Part shown: positions 1-12,029 of the stretch, piece after piece | How the letters are laid out: every line of letters begins with the position of its first letter | How positions within the stretch are numbered: position 1 is the first letter of the stretch | Program-made: the position numbers and the translations under genes | The notes under the pieces: model-generated | Told to the model about the DNA's origin: nothing | What the model saw: the letters and a program-made list of their open reading frames with translations, nothing else | The model's database searches: none | Assembly (NCBI RefSeq): GCF_021028975.2 | Contig: NC_059425.1 | Coordinates: 74,648,001 to 74,712,000, forward strand | Direction: 5' to 3' | Origin: Sphaerodactylus townsendi | Lineage: Eukaryota | DNA: 64,000 nucleotides

Positions 1-1010
1 CAGATGGTACACAGCTATGTATATCCTTCAAATCTGGTGATGCAGTAGAGGTCCTAAATTGCTGCCTGGCTGCTATGGTTCAATGTCTAAGAGTAAACAA
101 ACTGAAACAAAACCCTGGAAAGACCAGTAATGTTGGTTGGGAAGGCAAAGGTCTTGAAGGACATTACACCAGTGGCAGAGCTACCAGGGGACAGGGGGTG
201 CTCATTGTACCAGGCGCATGCTTGGGGGAAGCAGAAAATCACCCCCAGGCCTCCCACACTTACCTTACTTCAGCCCTGAAAGTGCAGGCTGGAAAAGCGG
301 CCTGTTCACTTGAGGCTGAAAACGGCCTGGTTGGGACTACACTTCTCAGGAGACCTTACGAGCCCCAAGGTCTCCTGGGAAGTGTAGTTCCCACCAGGTC
401 GTTTTCAGCCTCAAATGAACAGGCCACTTTTCCAGCCTGCACTTTCAGGGCTGAACTAAGGTAAGTGTGTGGGGGGGGGGGACGGGGGACGGAAAACGCA
501 GAGTGCACACCGGGTGCAGTATGGCCCAGCTACCCCTCTGCATTACATTCCTCGCTTTCAGTGGGGTTCAACTGACCCTTGCTGACTCAGTTAAGAGCCT
601 TGAGCTTATACTGCACCCAATGTTATTGCTGGAGAAGCAAGTTAATACAGCTGCAAAAAATGATTTCTCCCAACTCAGCCTAGTTTGCAAAATGGCTCCT
701 TACTTTAATTCAGTTGGCCACCTGGATCAATGTCATGGTGACATCAAGACTAGACTGTTCTAATGCACTGTACATTGGCTTGCCCTCAAAATCCGTTCAG
801 AAACTTCAGTTGGTGTAGAATGCTACAGGTCCGCTATTATAGATGGAGCATGCATTTTAGTCCCATTCTTCAGTCATTCCACTGGCTGTCCATGATCAGT
901 TTACAGTATTGGCTATCATGTACAAAGCCCCTGTGTCAGTGAGACCATCTATCCCCCTATGCTCTGCCACAACAGCTTCGCTCATCTGAGTAGGGCTTTC
1001 TGCAGATGCT
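1..1010 (+). mobile_element. Degenerate L2-type LINE 3' fragment, interrupted by a hAT MITE at 170-540
   Basis: Translations resemble the L2 ORF2 C-terminal region (VLNCCLAAMVQCLRVNKLKQNPGKT; SVKSLELILHPMLLLEKQVN) with many stops. Boundaries approximate. Confidence 0.75.
170..540. mobile_element. Non-autonomous hAT element with a long internal palindrome
   Basis: Imperfect TIRs cagtggcagagct / agctacccctctg; 8-bp TSD cattacac (162-169) / cattacat (541-548); internal inverted repeat ~256-470. Confidence 0.85.
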
Positions 1011-1330
1011 AATGTTTCTCCAGTGTTGAACACAAGCAGGATTCAAATCAGATGTCAGAGTTGAAAGATCATTATCCCACAGCCAATTTTATAAGCCACT
1101 TAACCTTCATTTCACACTTATCTTGACTAATTATTTTTATATAAAAAGGGAAGGAATTATGTTGCTTAGGATAAATTATTTTACATTCAGTAAAGCACAG
1201 TAAGTATATTTTGCTTGCTTTGTCCTGACCACTAATTGCTAAACACTGGTAGAAATCAGAAAGTAAGTGGGTACATTTTTTAACAAATGGAAGGTCAGAA
1301 GCACTGCCTTTCATCAAGGTCAGAGGTTAC

Positions 1331-1527
1331 CATCACTGTCATTAAACAATTTGAAAATGATCTGTCCTGTGGGATTTTGAGATCTTTCCCAGGATCGGGC
1401 TCCATTTCCTCAAGAAACCGAGTTCTTAGAAAAGTCATGACCCTCTTTTTCTTATTGCCACAATGCTGCTGCTGCTTCTCTCCCACCTGTTCCATTTTAA
1501 AACCAAAGCCCTTTGGCTTTAAGTGGA
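1331..1527 (-). pseudogene. Exon of an unidentified decayed multi-exon gene (phase 1 to 0)
   Basis: Acceptor ctgactttctcag, donor atg|gtaacc; 197 nt, open: HLKPKGFGFKMEQ...RSFSNCLMTVM. Confidence 0.6.
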
Positions 1528-2226
1528 CTGAGAAAGTCAGGAGTGAACAGACTATTGGAAGATTGTGGCAAATTAAAACAGAACACTCAGACTAGGTTAA
1601 AAACTTCCTCTCTTATTGTAGTGCAGAGCTCTACCCAATTTTAGCATCCACATTTTTGTTCATATCATGTGCTTGGCCCAATACCAAGGTGTATTCTACA
1701 CAGAGACAGGCTTTTATAGTTTCCCTGTTGCTGCTGCAGCTGCCAATATAGAGTAGTGGTGGCAGGGCATGCACACGTGAGGTTTTCCTAACAATTGTTT
1801 CAAGCAGCAATTTAATTTCTGAGTTCCCAACCAACTTTCATTCTTTTTAAACGTCTCTAGCCTATTTCATTGTGTAGATATGTTTTCCAATATATTTCCA
1901 AGAGGTATTTTTAAAATATAAAAATATTTTTTAAAAAATGAAAGCTGGGAACATATTTTGGTATAACAGTTTATCAGTATAATGTTATAAAATCACTGAT
2001 TTTAAAAATACCCTCTTCAGTGAGGTGGGGAAGGGATATTGTTACCTTGGAAGAAATTTATTTTATTTATTTTATTTATTAATTAGGTTTATAGACCGCC
2101 CTCCCCCAGAGGGCTCAGGGCGGTGAACAATATAAAGAGCACAATCAATTAAAATACAATATAAATATAAAATAGGATGGCTCTGATAAATGATTGGTAT
2201 ACAGGTGGGATCAGGAAAATCCATAC

Positions 2227-2356
2227 TTTTCCACTCTCACAGCAGCCGCTGAGGCGTTGCTGTCATCTTTTCCAAAACTTTTGTGCAAAGCAGATTTGAG
2301 AAAGATCAGAAAAAAAACTGGGGAAACTCCAGCAAATGCACAAATGTACCACACTA
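2227..2356 (-). pseudogene. Exon of the decayed gene (phase 0 to 1) with in-frame TGA stops
   Basis: Acceptor cttccccacag(tag), donor aaa|gtatgg; 130 nt; CGTFVHLLEFPQFFF*SFSNLLCTKVLEKMTATPQRLL*EWK; TGA at 2308-2306 and 2239-2237. Confidence 0.55.
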
Positions 2357-2670
2357 CTGTGGGGAAGCAGGGGGAGAAGCCACTTCCCAACAGCAAGGAA
2401 ATCAAAGCAAATAACCTACAATTGCCCATTATTGGCATCTGCTTTCTACTGATAAGAGAAAATATTGTGTATTCCTAGAACATGTATCTGTTTTCCCCCT
2501 TTTTTGGAAGGAGATCTTAAGGTTTGTTCTTTATAATGCAAATGATGTGTTCCTACCATGTTGTCAGGAAGACAGGGAACAAAAATGCTACAAACCCAAA
2601 GCATGAGTGTCTTCTTGAATCATAGTCCTTAAAGACTGAGGGAGAGCAAATGGAAAGTATCTTCAAACAC

Positions 2671-2805
2671 CTTATCCCTTTCGTGTCTCTGTAACTTGAC
2701 TTTGTATTCAGCAAAAATTTCTGTTGCTAAATTGCTCCAACAATTAATTGCAGAAATGTTAAATCTGTTGCAACACGCAGCAATTCCGTGGTAGAACTGA
2801 AGGAG
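2671..2805 (-). pseudogene. Exon of the decayed gene (phase 0 to 0)
   Basis: Acceptor attctgtgcag, donor aag|gtgttt; 135 nt, open: LLQFYHGIAACCNRFNISAINCWSNLATEIFAEYKVKLQRHERDK. Confidence 0.6.
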
Positions 2806-5687
2806 CTGCACAGAATATATCAGTGTAAATGGCCCATTCTTCCAGACTATGATTTATGCTTTGCTAATGTGACATCTGAATTAAGCCAGTGGTAACATAG
2901 TTAAGCTAGCCATCAAACAGAATTGTTTTATACAGACAAGTAGCATATATAGAAATAAAGCCCTCACCAGTTACAGTTTTCTGATTCTTGTGTCTAATTT
3001 TCCATACCCTTTCATACTCTTCCACTACTTACTGCCCATGTTCATGTTTTACCTAACGGCCATGGTGCCCAAATGTTTTTCTGTTATGAAAAAGCCATTT
3101 GGTAATGGCCAATGCATTGTAGATATTGCAGGATAGCCAACTGTTCCCTCGCAGCTGCTTTGAGTGGCTGTGTATGAGGCAAGGGGGTGGCATTAATTCA
3201 CAGGGAAAGTTCCTGGTGGTCACTGCCCTGGAGGGGTATTGGTAGCTATACTCTTTTCCAACTAAAGATAAAAGTAGAACTATATATTAATCCTCCACAT
3301 ACTGGACCATTTTTGTCCCAGAACGCTCCACTTGGGTCCTAGTGCTACCCAGTTCTTTTTCCAAGGCACTAGGACCCAAGCAGATCATTCTAGAACAAAG
3401 ATGGTTCAGCATTTGGTTGATCAATATACAATTCTACTTTTATCCTTCCATGGAAAAGAATATAAACCAGCAGAGCCAAGCCACAGTAGCTCTGCCACTC
3501 AGAGACATGGGGGTGGGGGTACTTACTTCAGTCCAGTTAATTCTGAACCTGGGAGTTTTTGGCCATTTATGCATGAAGTGTTTACATTGTGGGTGCTTAC
3601 TTCACAATGAGTTTTTCTTGTGGTTTTTTTTTTGTTTAAACGGGATTCTCCTGTTGCATGGTGTCTCCAGAGAAGTCAATCCTCCCTTTTGCCTGTCCCC
3701 ACTTCCTTGTTCTATCTATGCAAACTGCAGCTGGAGAGGTTGCCTGCCACCTATTTTGAGGGTACCCTCTTTGAGCTGGTGACAAGAATCCCTTCACAGT
3801 CATCTAAGCTGGACATCAGCCATCTAGGCTAATCAGATGGCTGTCTCCATGTCTATGCAAGCCCTAGTTGTCCATCACTGAAGGTGGTGATTCAAAGCTT
3901 GATCATTCCAAGCCCAGCAATGGATCGCCATGGGAACACTAAGGCCCCCAATGATCATGCCTGTCTTCTTGAATATTGTGGCTCCACCTCCCTATCTCTA
4001 TATCCCACTGTCCGGTTGTCCCACACTCTCACCTTCCCCCCAAAGCACATGGTTCCTATTTGCAAATTCCTGGGGTGCAAGCTGGGAGATTAAGGGAACT
4101 GCCCCCCCCATATGCTGCTGTAACTTGCCCCTAAGGAGACTTGCCCCTTGACAGAGTCTCCTGCATGTATTCTCCCCTTCAACTAGCATGGATTGTCTTG
4201 GCTGACAACAACCATATGATGTTGCTGAAGCAACTCACCCCACAGCTTGCTGCTGCCCTGTTTCCATGGTCAACAGGGAAGGGCATCCACTTTTGTGCCC
4301 ATCCTCACACACTGCCTTCTCACCCTGCATGGTCACCCACGTCTGTCATCAATGTTGTGTCTGCTTTTCACCATGGTATTTGGTCCCCTGATGTGGAGAC
4401 CACCTGCTGGGTTAACTAAAGCTTGAAATCACCATTGTCAGTGAGTAAGCTGAGCTTACCTTATGAGAGGTTCGACACATTGCCCAGAGATTGCAAATCT
4501 GGTGGGCACATAGGCCAGCCACAGAAGGAAATCTAATAAATGCCAGAACAGCAAATGCTGGAATGGCAGATATTGGGGGCTATTTTAGCATGACAATAGC
4601 AGAGGAGCTCTGCACAAGAAATTTTGCTTCTTGTATCAAAACCTGCAATGAAAACATTATGATTTGTTTCTTCTCCACTGAAGCTGTATGCTACCACCCA
4701 GGTAATCTTACCAGTTAACAAGCTTGCCAGCTACTATTGCCACTAGGAGAATCAACAAGTATATTCATCATATCCTGCAACTGAGACTCCCAAATCTGAA
4801 TGACTAGAGCAGCAGCACAATTCTGTTGGAGCTTCTTTAAACAGTTTCCTATGGCCCTTTGTGTATATGCTATTTACCCCAGTGCTATTTGCTTCACAGT
4901 ATTTTTTTCCTGGTTTTTATTTACACCCAGCTTTTCCTTGCTGCAAAGTGTCCCTAGGTGGGCCAATTTGCCCACCTCCTGTTTCCTTGTTCTTTCTATG
5001 CAACCTCCAACTGGGGAGGTCGCCTGCAACCCCCCCTTTTTGGTGCCATCTGTAATCTAGCATTAATTTGCTAGACCGTTTAAGTTTTATAACAATGTGA
5101 TACGTATATTAGATTGGTGAACCTCCAGGAAGTGGATGGCTGGAGATCTCCCACTATTACAACTGATCTCCAGGTGGCAGAAATTGGTTCACTTGGAGAA
5201 TGGTATTATACCCCATTGAAGTCCCACCCCCTCCCCAAACATTACCCTCCTCGGGCTCCACCCCCAAAATCTCCAAATATTTCCCAACCTGGAACTGGCA
5301 ACCCCACCACCATCATGTCTCCCTTGGTCATGTGAAACTACCAGGTATGAACAGAGAGTAATGAGCTCAGAATATTCCTAGGTATGTAGCAGCCCAGCTC
5401 AGACTGGAAACATGGCACAGCCCTACAAAGCCAGTGTTTGTCATGTTGGGGCAGCATACGGATGGGTTTTTTTCAGTTTGGGAAACAGTAAACAGCAGTA
5501 TGACCTCACTGCCAGAGAAACCTGGCAGTGATGTCCCACCTATCTAGGAATCACCAGAAATCCTATGGTAAATCCATAGCATTTTCAGTTATTCCTAGAG
5601 AGGACTTATGTAATTTTCAGGTTTCTCCCAGAAGTGATCACAGCCTTCTTTAAGAATAGCTGGAAATGATATGGTGTTACCATAGAC

Positions 5688-6237
5688 CAGTGGTGGCGAA
5701 CCTATGGCACGGGTGCCAGAGGTGGCACTCAGAGCCTTCTCTGTGGGCACGCGCAAACAGTCGCCCCCCCCCCCCACCCACCCACACATCTAGGCTGGCC
5801 TGGGCCGCTGGGCTCGATTATTAGCATTAAACCTAAGACCTAGTTTTGGGGAAGCAGTGTAGGTAAACCCTGTTAAGCGCTGTTAAACCCCACTGATTTT
5901 CATGTGAAGAACTAAAGCACAATCTGTATTGTTGAAGAACTAAAGTGCAATCCTTTACCTGGAAGTAAGATCAGTTGCTGGCCATGGGGCTTGCTTCTGA
6001 GTAAACCATCCTAGGGTTGTGATTCACCCATTGGAAGAGTTGCACGGTTGCTTCAAAGCAAAGCCACTGACTACCACCAAGCTTACTCCCAAGTAACACA
6101 CGCCTTGGAGCCAACCATTTTTTCTAAACTGAAACCTCAGTATTTAGGTTAAATTGCTGTGTTGGCACTTTGCAATAAATAAGTGGGTTTTGGGTTGCAA
6201 TTTGGGCACTCGGTCTCAAAAAGGTTCGCCATCACTG
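5688..6237. mobile_element. Non-autonomous hAT element (hAT1-like TIR), copy 1
   Basis: TIRs cagtggtggcgaacct / aggttcgccatcactg; perfect 8-bp TSD ccatagac; closely similar copy at 37156-37663. Confidence 0.95.
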
Positions 6238-6610
6238 CCATAGACTTTCCAACAATTCCTAGATAAATGTGATGCCACTTCTGGTTATTCCTGAAAGTGA
6301 CATCACACTTCACTGATGGCAACTTCTTTTCTATCCTTGGCCTCTGGAGTGCCAAGAGGCACGGGGTAACTTCATGCAGGACAAAAAGGGAGAAGAACAA
6401 TATAGCCTGTAGCTAGGGCCTGAAACGTTCACTTACTTCACATGAATCTGATTCAGCCAACATAGAACACTAAGCGCCACGAATAGTCAGTGTTGTTGTA
6501 CATTGTTGTACACTGCTGTACATTGAATTCTTCCAGAATATTCCCTTGAATTGAATACCCAGCTTCTTTTCCACTGACAATACTGGAAATCTAATATCTT
6601 CTATATGTAC

Positions 6611-6722
6611 CTTGGTTTTTGAGTTGGGTAATAAGGTTTTTGCTCTTAGGAGTGTTTCTGTTCCTTCTGGTTCTAGAATGATTAGTACATTCTCCAAAAA
6701 TCTTGTAAAAAAACAGATTAGC
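6611..6722 (-). pseudogene. Exon of the decayed gene (phase 2 to 0)
   Basis: Acceptor ctgctttctacag, donor aag|gtacat; 112 nt, open: LICFFTRFLENVLIILEPEGTETLLRAKTLLPNSKTK. Confidence 0.6.
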
Positions 6723-7989
6723 CTGTAGAAAGCAGTAAAAATTTAAAATCCTGTTTCTTATAAAGTTTTCCCACAGGCCTGCTTCGTTCTTCCAGTCATT
6801 GCCCCAGGAAAGGAACTTTGACAGCTGCTGGCACAGTGATCCTCTCCTGCTTGACCAGACTACAAAACATAACGACCTAGTACTAATCGTCTAAGCAGTT
6901 CATAGCAGTGATAGGGTAATGACCAAGCTTAGCACTAACTTAAAATAATATCAACCACTAAGCCTAATACAGACCAATTACACCTATCACTAACTATAAA
7001 CTTACTCCCTAAAAATACAATGAAAGAATGAACACAATGTCTCCAATAGCTGTTAACACCAACCCCACCCCAGTAAACATCTTAAATGGTAACAGCGTAA
7101 ACCCTGATTCTCAAAGGAAAACAGCATTCCATCTGGGGGGGGGGGGGACCATGTTCTTGTTGAGGCACCATGTTCTTGTTAATGCTCACCTAGCCTCAGC
7201 TGTCGAGCATGAGTCTTCTGTGCATTCTGTGGGAGCCCCTGCCACTGGCCCCCACTGCTGTCTGGAGGCCTTCAGCAACAGACAAACGCACCCCAGCACT
7301 CTCACTGCTGGCAGGCCACCACCGCCGCTGTTGGCCCCACAAGCCCGAACACCGTTGCATCATGTAGGCATGCCCAACTGGTCGTTGCTCAGGTGCTTCA
7401 GTCAGTTGTTGTTGTTGGGGGGGAGGGGCGCTGCCACTGACACCAAGGCCACTCAGGAGGAAGCTTGGAGGAAGCCCGTCACTTGGCATAATGTTGCTCA
7501 CCGGATTGAAAAAGCAGGCCAGCAGCAGATCAGTATGGACAAAGGGCAAATGGAGAAGCATGCTGTGTAAATCCTCCGTTGTCTCCACATCTCCATTCCC
7601 TTCACACTTCAGTCACCTAACAAACACTAGCAATAGCACAAACAAGTCTTCATAGGCAGCAAAATAAACACCTCTACCCCTCCTAGGTCATAAATTAATT
7701 TAATTGCCAGAGCTCCAAATTAATGCTCCATCTAACAGTAGCATTGTCTTGGCATGAGATACATGTGGGTCTGCATGTAGACAATAGGTATACAATCTTT
7801 GTACTCTCTGCACATGCTCACTAGTAGTTTGTTAACCATGTGATAGTTAAGTAGCAGATAGCTGAAGGAGCTAGCTACTTAGAAAGATATTTCTTGTTTT
7901 GTATCCAAGTTATCCTTTCCTTCTTTGATAGTAAGTAAACTCTGTTTTTCAGTAAGCAACTGCCTCTGCCTCTTTATTGCGCACTCTGC

Positions 7990-8059
7990 TTTATTATTTT
8001 ATTATTATTATTATTATTATTATTTATTAGGTTTATAAACCGCCCTCCCCCGAAGGGCT
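7990..8059 (-). repeat. (ATT)n microsatellite tail with a short retroelement 3' end; related copy at ~2056-2165
   Basis: att repeats followed by ttaggtttataaaccgccctccccc; nearly the same motif at ~2083-2108. Confidence 0.7.
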
Positions 8060-8512
8060 TATAAGGAGTGTGATATAATTATCACAACCACTAAGATTTA
8101 TAACAAGATGCAAGTTTTTTTAAAAAATGTATTACTCCTGTCCCCTACCTTGAGAATATGTGGTAGGCATATTTCTAAATATAAATTAATAACAATATGT
8201 AAGAAGTTGACTGTTAATTGCACTGGGGAGCTGTCCTGGGTTTTTTGTAATTTTTTATAATTATTGCCCTTTAAAACATACTTGATTTCTTTGCCCTTCA
8301 AAATTCTCCAGAGAAATCTCTGGAGTCATTGGGCTTATTGATCTGGGTATATTGTGTGACTTGTGTTTGTAAACAACAGCATAATCGTTTTCACAGTGTG
8401 GAATCAATTAACATCTAGTACTTTGTAGCAAGAACAAAAGTCTAAGTTGTAAAAACATTTGCTCACAGCTGTATAGATTTCCCTAGAGACCTTTTCTGCA
8501 TGGACAGATTAC

Positions 8513-8638
8513 CATATATTTTCCCAGTGGTTAAACCTTTTGTCTTGAAAACATTTTCGCGAAATCACTCTCCCATTGTTTCCTCCTTGTCTCTTCAGTT
8601 GCATTTATTCCAGATGAAAACGTAATAACGTATTATTC
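8513..8638 (-). pseudogene. Exon of the decayed gene (ends phase 2; 5' boundary uncertain) with one TAA
   Basis: Donor atg|gtaatc; NNTLLRFHLE*MQLKRQGGNNGRVISRKCFQDKRFNHWENI(W) joins in frame to the 6722 exon. Confidence 0.45.
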
Positions 8639-11232
8639 CTAATTGTGATGGGATGACATTCGTGACTCAGAAGAACAACCCTCCCTGTTTTTTTCTCTTG
8701 TGCAGGTGCTCTTGCATTATTACTCAGTTGCATTGAAGTGGCTATTCAAAAAATGTCTCAGCTTCCATTTCTAACATCGAGAACTATCCGCACAAAATGG
8801 AAGCCAAAAAACCCTACTGGAGCAGGCACCATTATCTGAGGGAACAGAAACATACAGTCTACCTACCCTTCCCCCACCCCTGAAAAAAAATCACATTTTC
8901 CAGCCAAATTAGACCTGCAGTGGCACACAATCATTACTGTGGCAATCCCTTGTCAATTTCATTTGCTGCTAACCACAAATACAGTATATCTTCACCTTAA
9001 TGTTTTATAGCTAGTTCAATATGAAATTAACAAAGTGCCCCTGCTCCTTTCTATCTGTGCCTGAACATTGGCATTGCAAACTCTATGTGAGATTGAGAAA
9101 GCTGAACTAATCACCACTGCTTCTTATCTCTGCCTTAACATTACATTGCTAGTTCAATATAACAAAGAGGAGGAGGGAAAAGACAATGAAAGTGACAATC
9201 CTTGCCTTAGCTGCCTGTGAGGGAATACGTGGGACAATCACCCATTTTGTCTGGCACCAAGATGTCCTGGATGTGGCCCTTGAACCCCAATTATTTTCAG
9301 ATCCGCTTCTGTCAGTACAAAAAAGGATAGTAGCAAATGAGCCTGTTAGTCTTAAAGGGGCATTTTACTTGATTTGGCACTGCAATATGGGAAAGATCAT
9401 TACTAAAATTTTGCCTCAATATGGCAAAAATGCAAATTTAGTTATTTGTTTGTTTATAAAATGTGTGTCCCAACTCTCTGCCCTTACAAGAGTCAGAAAC
9501 ACAGCTAACAATTTGAAACATGCATGATAAAATTACATCATAAAACCATTAAAATATAACCCCGTCCCAAACATAAATAATTATTATAATTTTAAAAGTT
9601 TTTTTAAATAGTTAAAATATATAAAAACAGTTTAAATATATACAAAACATTTACAAATTGGTTAGGAAATAGAGATCAGTGAGGAATGCTAAATTCTGGG
9701 TCAAGAAGGGACGACTGTAAAACTTTTGTCATCCCCCCCCCCACATGTTTTTAGTATGACAGGAATTTTATATACTCTATCTAGAAATGATAAATGAAGG
9801 TCTGCAATTATTAGGAACAGCATGATCCTAGTCATATTTATTCAAATTGAAGGTCCACAGAGTTCAATAGGGCTTGTTTATGGTTGTCAACAGGCCCAGA
9901 AAAATGTTTTCTGTTCTTTCAGTTCTTAATGTTCAGGCATGGACACCTAAAGCTTTTCATAGCATGGGGGTAAAAAGCCTTTCAGTCTCTGTTAAAGAGA
10001 CGGAACGTTTTTCCCTCCAGGTAACAAGCAACTCTAGGATTATTGTGTCCCTACTTTTTCCCTGCCTTTCTTCCAAAGAGTACATTTACTTATTATTTAC
10101 TTATTTATTTATACTTAGGATTTCTGCCTCTCATTTACTCATATTTAGGATTGCTGCTCTGAGTTTACAGAATCTTTGCCCATAGAATTGGAGCCCTATC
10201 GACTTCTTCTGAGAACACACTGGTTCTGACTCACTTGGGGGGAAATTTCTAGTTAGTTACAGTTGTATAACTGTACAAAAGTCCATTAAGCTGATTGCTC
10301 AACCCAGTGGTAACTTTGGCGGATGACTAGCTGGCTCTGTGTACCCTATAAATCCTACCTTGTAAACATTCCTTTGCTCTTTACATCCTTTGTCCCCACA
10401 AGAATGTCAGGCAGGTAATTCCTCTCATGCAAACTTCAGGAACTGACTGTTGGCATAAGATATTTTGCAGGAGATCTCAGCCTGTGATTTTAAAACCACT
10501 CTTTGAGGAGCCGCATGAATCAAAGAATTATTAATGATAACTGAGTAAGGGTTTTTTTCCTTTCACCATTATTCCTATTAAACAGAATGATGTAATCAAG
10601 TAGAATCCTAAAGGGTGTTATCAAGTAGAATCTTAAAGAGGTGGTTTATTCTTTTTGTCTGAAGAATACATCTGTTTTTTTAACCTGCTCTTTCTTTATA
10701 GTGCCTTATTTCTCCAGGTCATTGACCTTTTAAAATACATCTGGACTGGACTGGACAGAAGGAGCCATCTCTCATTCCCTATGTATGGAGAACAGATGTG
10801 CAGTGTGTAAGAGAGACAATTTATATGGACTGAATGTTTCATTGTGAGGGTGGGGAGATAGTAAATTAAAGGGTTTAGAAAAGGTGGCTGAGAGAGCAAC
10901 CCTGAGAATAGAACAGTTTGTCTTTTGAATGATTTCCACAACAAAACGCTTGGTAAAGACTGCCCTCTCTACTCCAGAAATAGTATTACAGTTTTTTTCT
11001 GACACATTTGCTACCCATGCAAAATGGGTATAAGGAACCATACACTGTGTCACATATGCAAAACAAACCCACTGTAAATTTGTTAATCCTTACAGTCTTA
11101 GAAGGCAGCAGATATTTGCATGAAAGATGTTTATTACCATTACCATAAATATGTACATAGATATAAGAAACCATTAGAACCAAAGTTTTAGGATACAATG
11201 AGTTGAATTCATAGACCTGTCATAGTGCTGGT

Positions 11233-12029
11233 CAGGGGCGTAACAAGGCAGCCCTGGGCAAACTGTAGCCCTGGGCAAAACCTGAGTTGGATGCCCCCCC
11301 CCCATGGGCGGCCGCTCCACCACGACCAAAGTTATGGACCCTTAAAGGGGGTACCCCATCCCACATTCTTTGCTAAGGAGATGGGGGCTACCCTTTTGAG
11401 AGTCCATAACTTTGGACCCCCTGAACCAAACTGCACCAAACTTTGGGGGTACCATAAGGACCGTTTCCAGATGATACCCTGAAATTTTGGTGCCGATACA
11501 TCAAAAAATGCGCCCCCTGCAGGAACATCCCAGAAATTTGTCAAGAATCTTTTTTCTGCATTGAGTTTTCTGTATTGCTGTCCATGGGAGTTGCAGGCTG
11601 GGGGGGGGGACATTTCTGAATGCACAGTCTCAAAACTTTCAGGGTATCATCAGTAGACTGCCCTGATGATACCCCCCAGGTTTGGTGCAGTTTGGTTCAG
11701 GGGGGCCAAAGTTATGGACCCTCAAAACTGTAGCCCCCATCTCCTATTAGCTCCCATTGGAAACAATGGGGGATAGGGGCACCCCCTTTGGGAGTCCATA
11801 ACTTTGGACTCCCTGAACCAAACCTCACCAAACTTGGGGGGTCGCATAAGGACAGTCTCTTGACGATACGCCGAAAATTTGGTGCCGCTAACCTAAAATC
11901 TGCGCCCCCTGCAGGCCAAAAATGGTAAACCACTAAAAATACCAAAAAACGAACCCAGCATTTTGATGCCCCCCACAAGGTGATGCCCTGGGCAGCTGCC
12001 CACCTTGCCCAATGGGCATTACGCCAGTA
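11233..12029. mobile_element. Non-autonomous hAT element
   Basis: Termini caggggcgtaa / ttacgccagta; 8-bp TSD gtgctggt (11225-11232, 12030-12037); internal module repeated in both orientations (ccataactttggacccc...gaaccaaac). Confidence 0.85.

Noticed and set aside
3790-4830. Possible Ngaro/DIRS retroelement remnant (minus-strand KLWGELLQQHHMVVVSQDN, RNase H-like)
   Set aside because: Too decayed; one weak motif and no boundaries.
7028-7588. Overlapping 180-aa and 130-aa ORFs with a poly-Q run
   Set aside because: GC-rich, low complexity, no recognisable domain or splice chain; probably repeat-derived.
8706-10020. Apparent plus-strand exons at ~8706-8825 and ~9894-10020
   Set aside because: No chain or known product; the same DNA is explained at least as well by the minus-strand decayed gene.
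10592-10645. Short tandem duplications (also 7149-7181, 21232-21262, 32037-32090)
   Set aside because: Ordinary slippage duplications of 2-4 units; no unique regular spacers, so not CRISPR-like.
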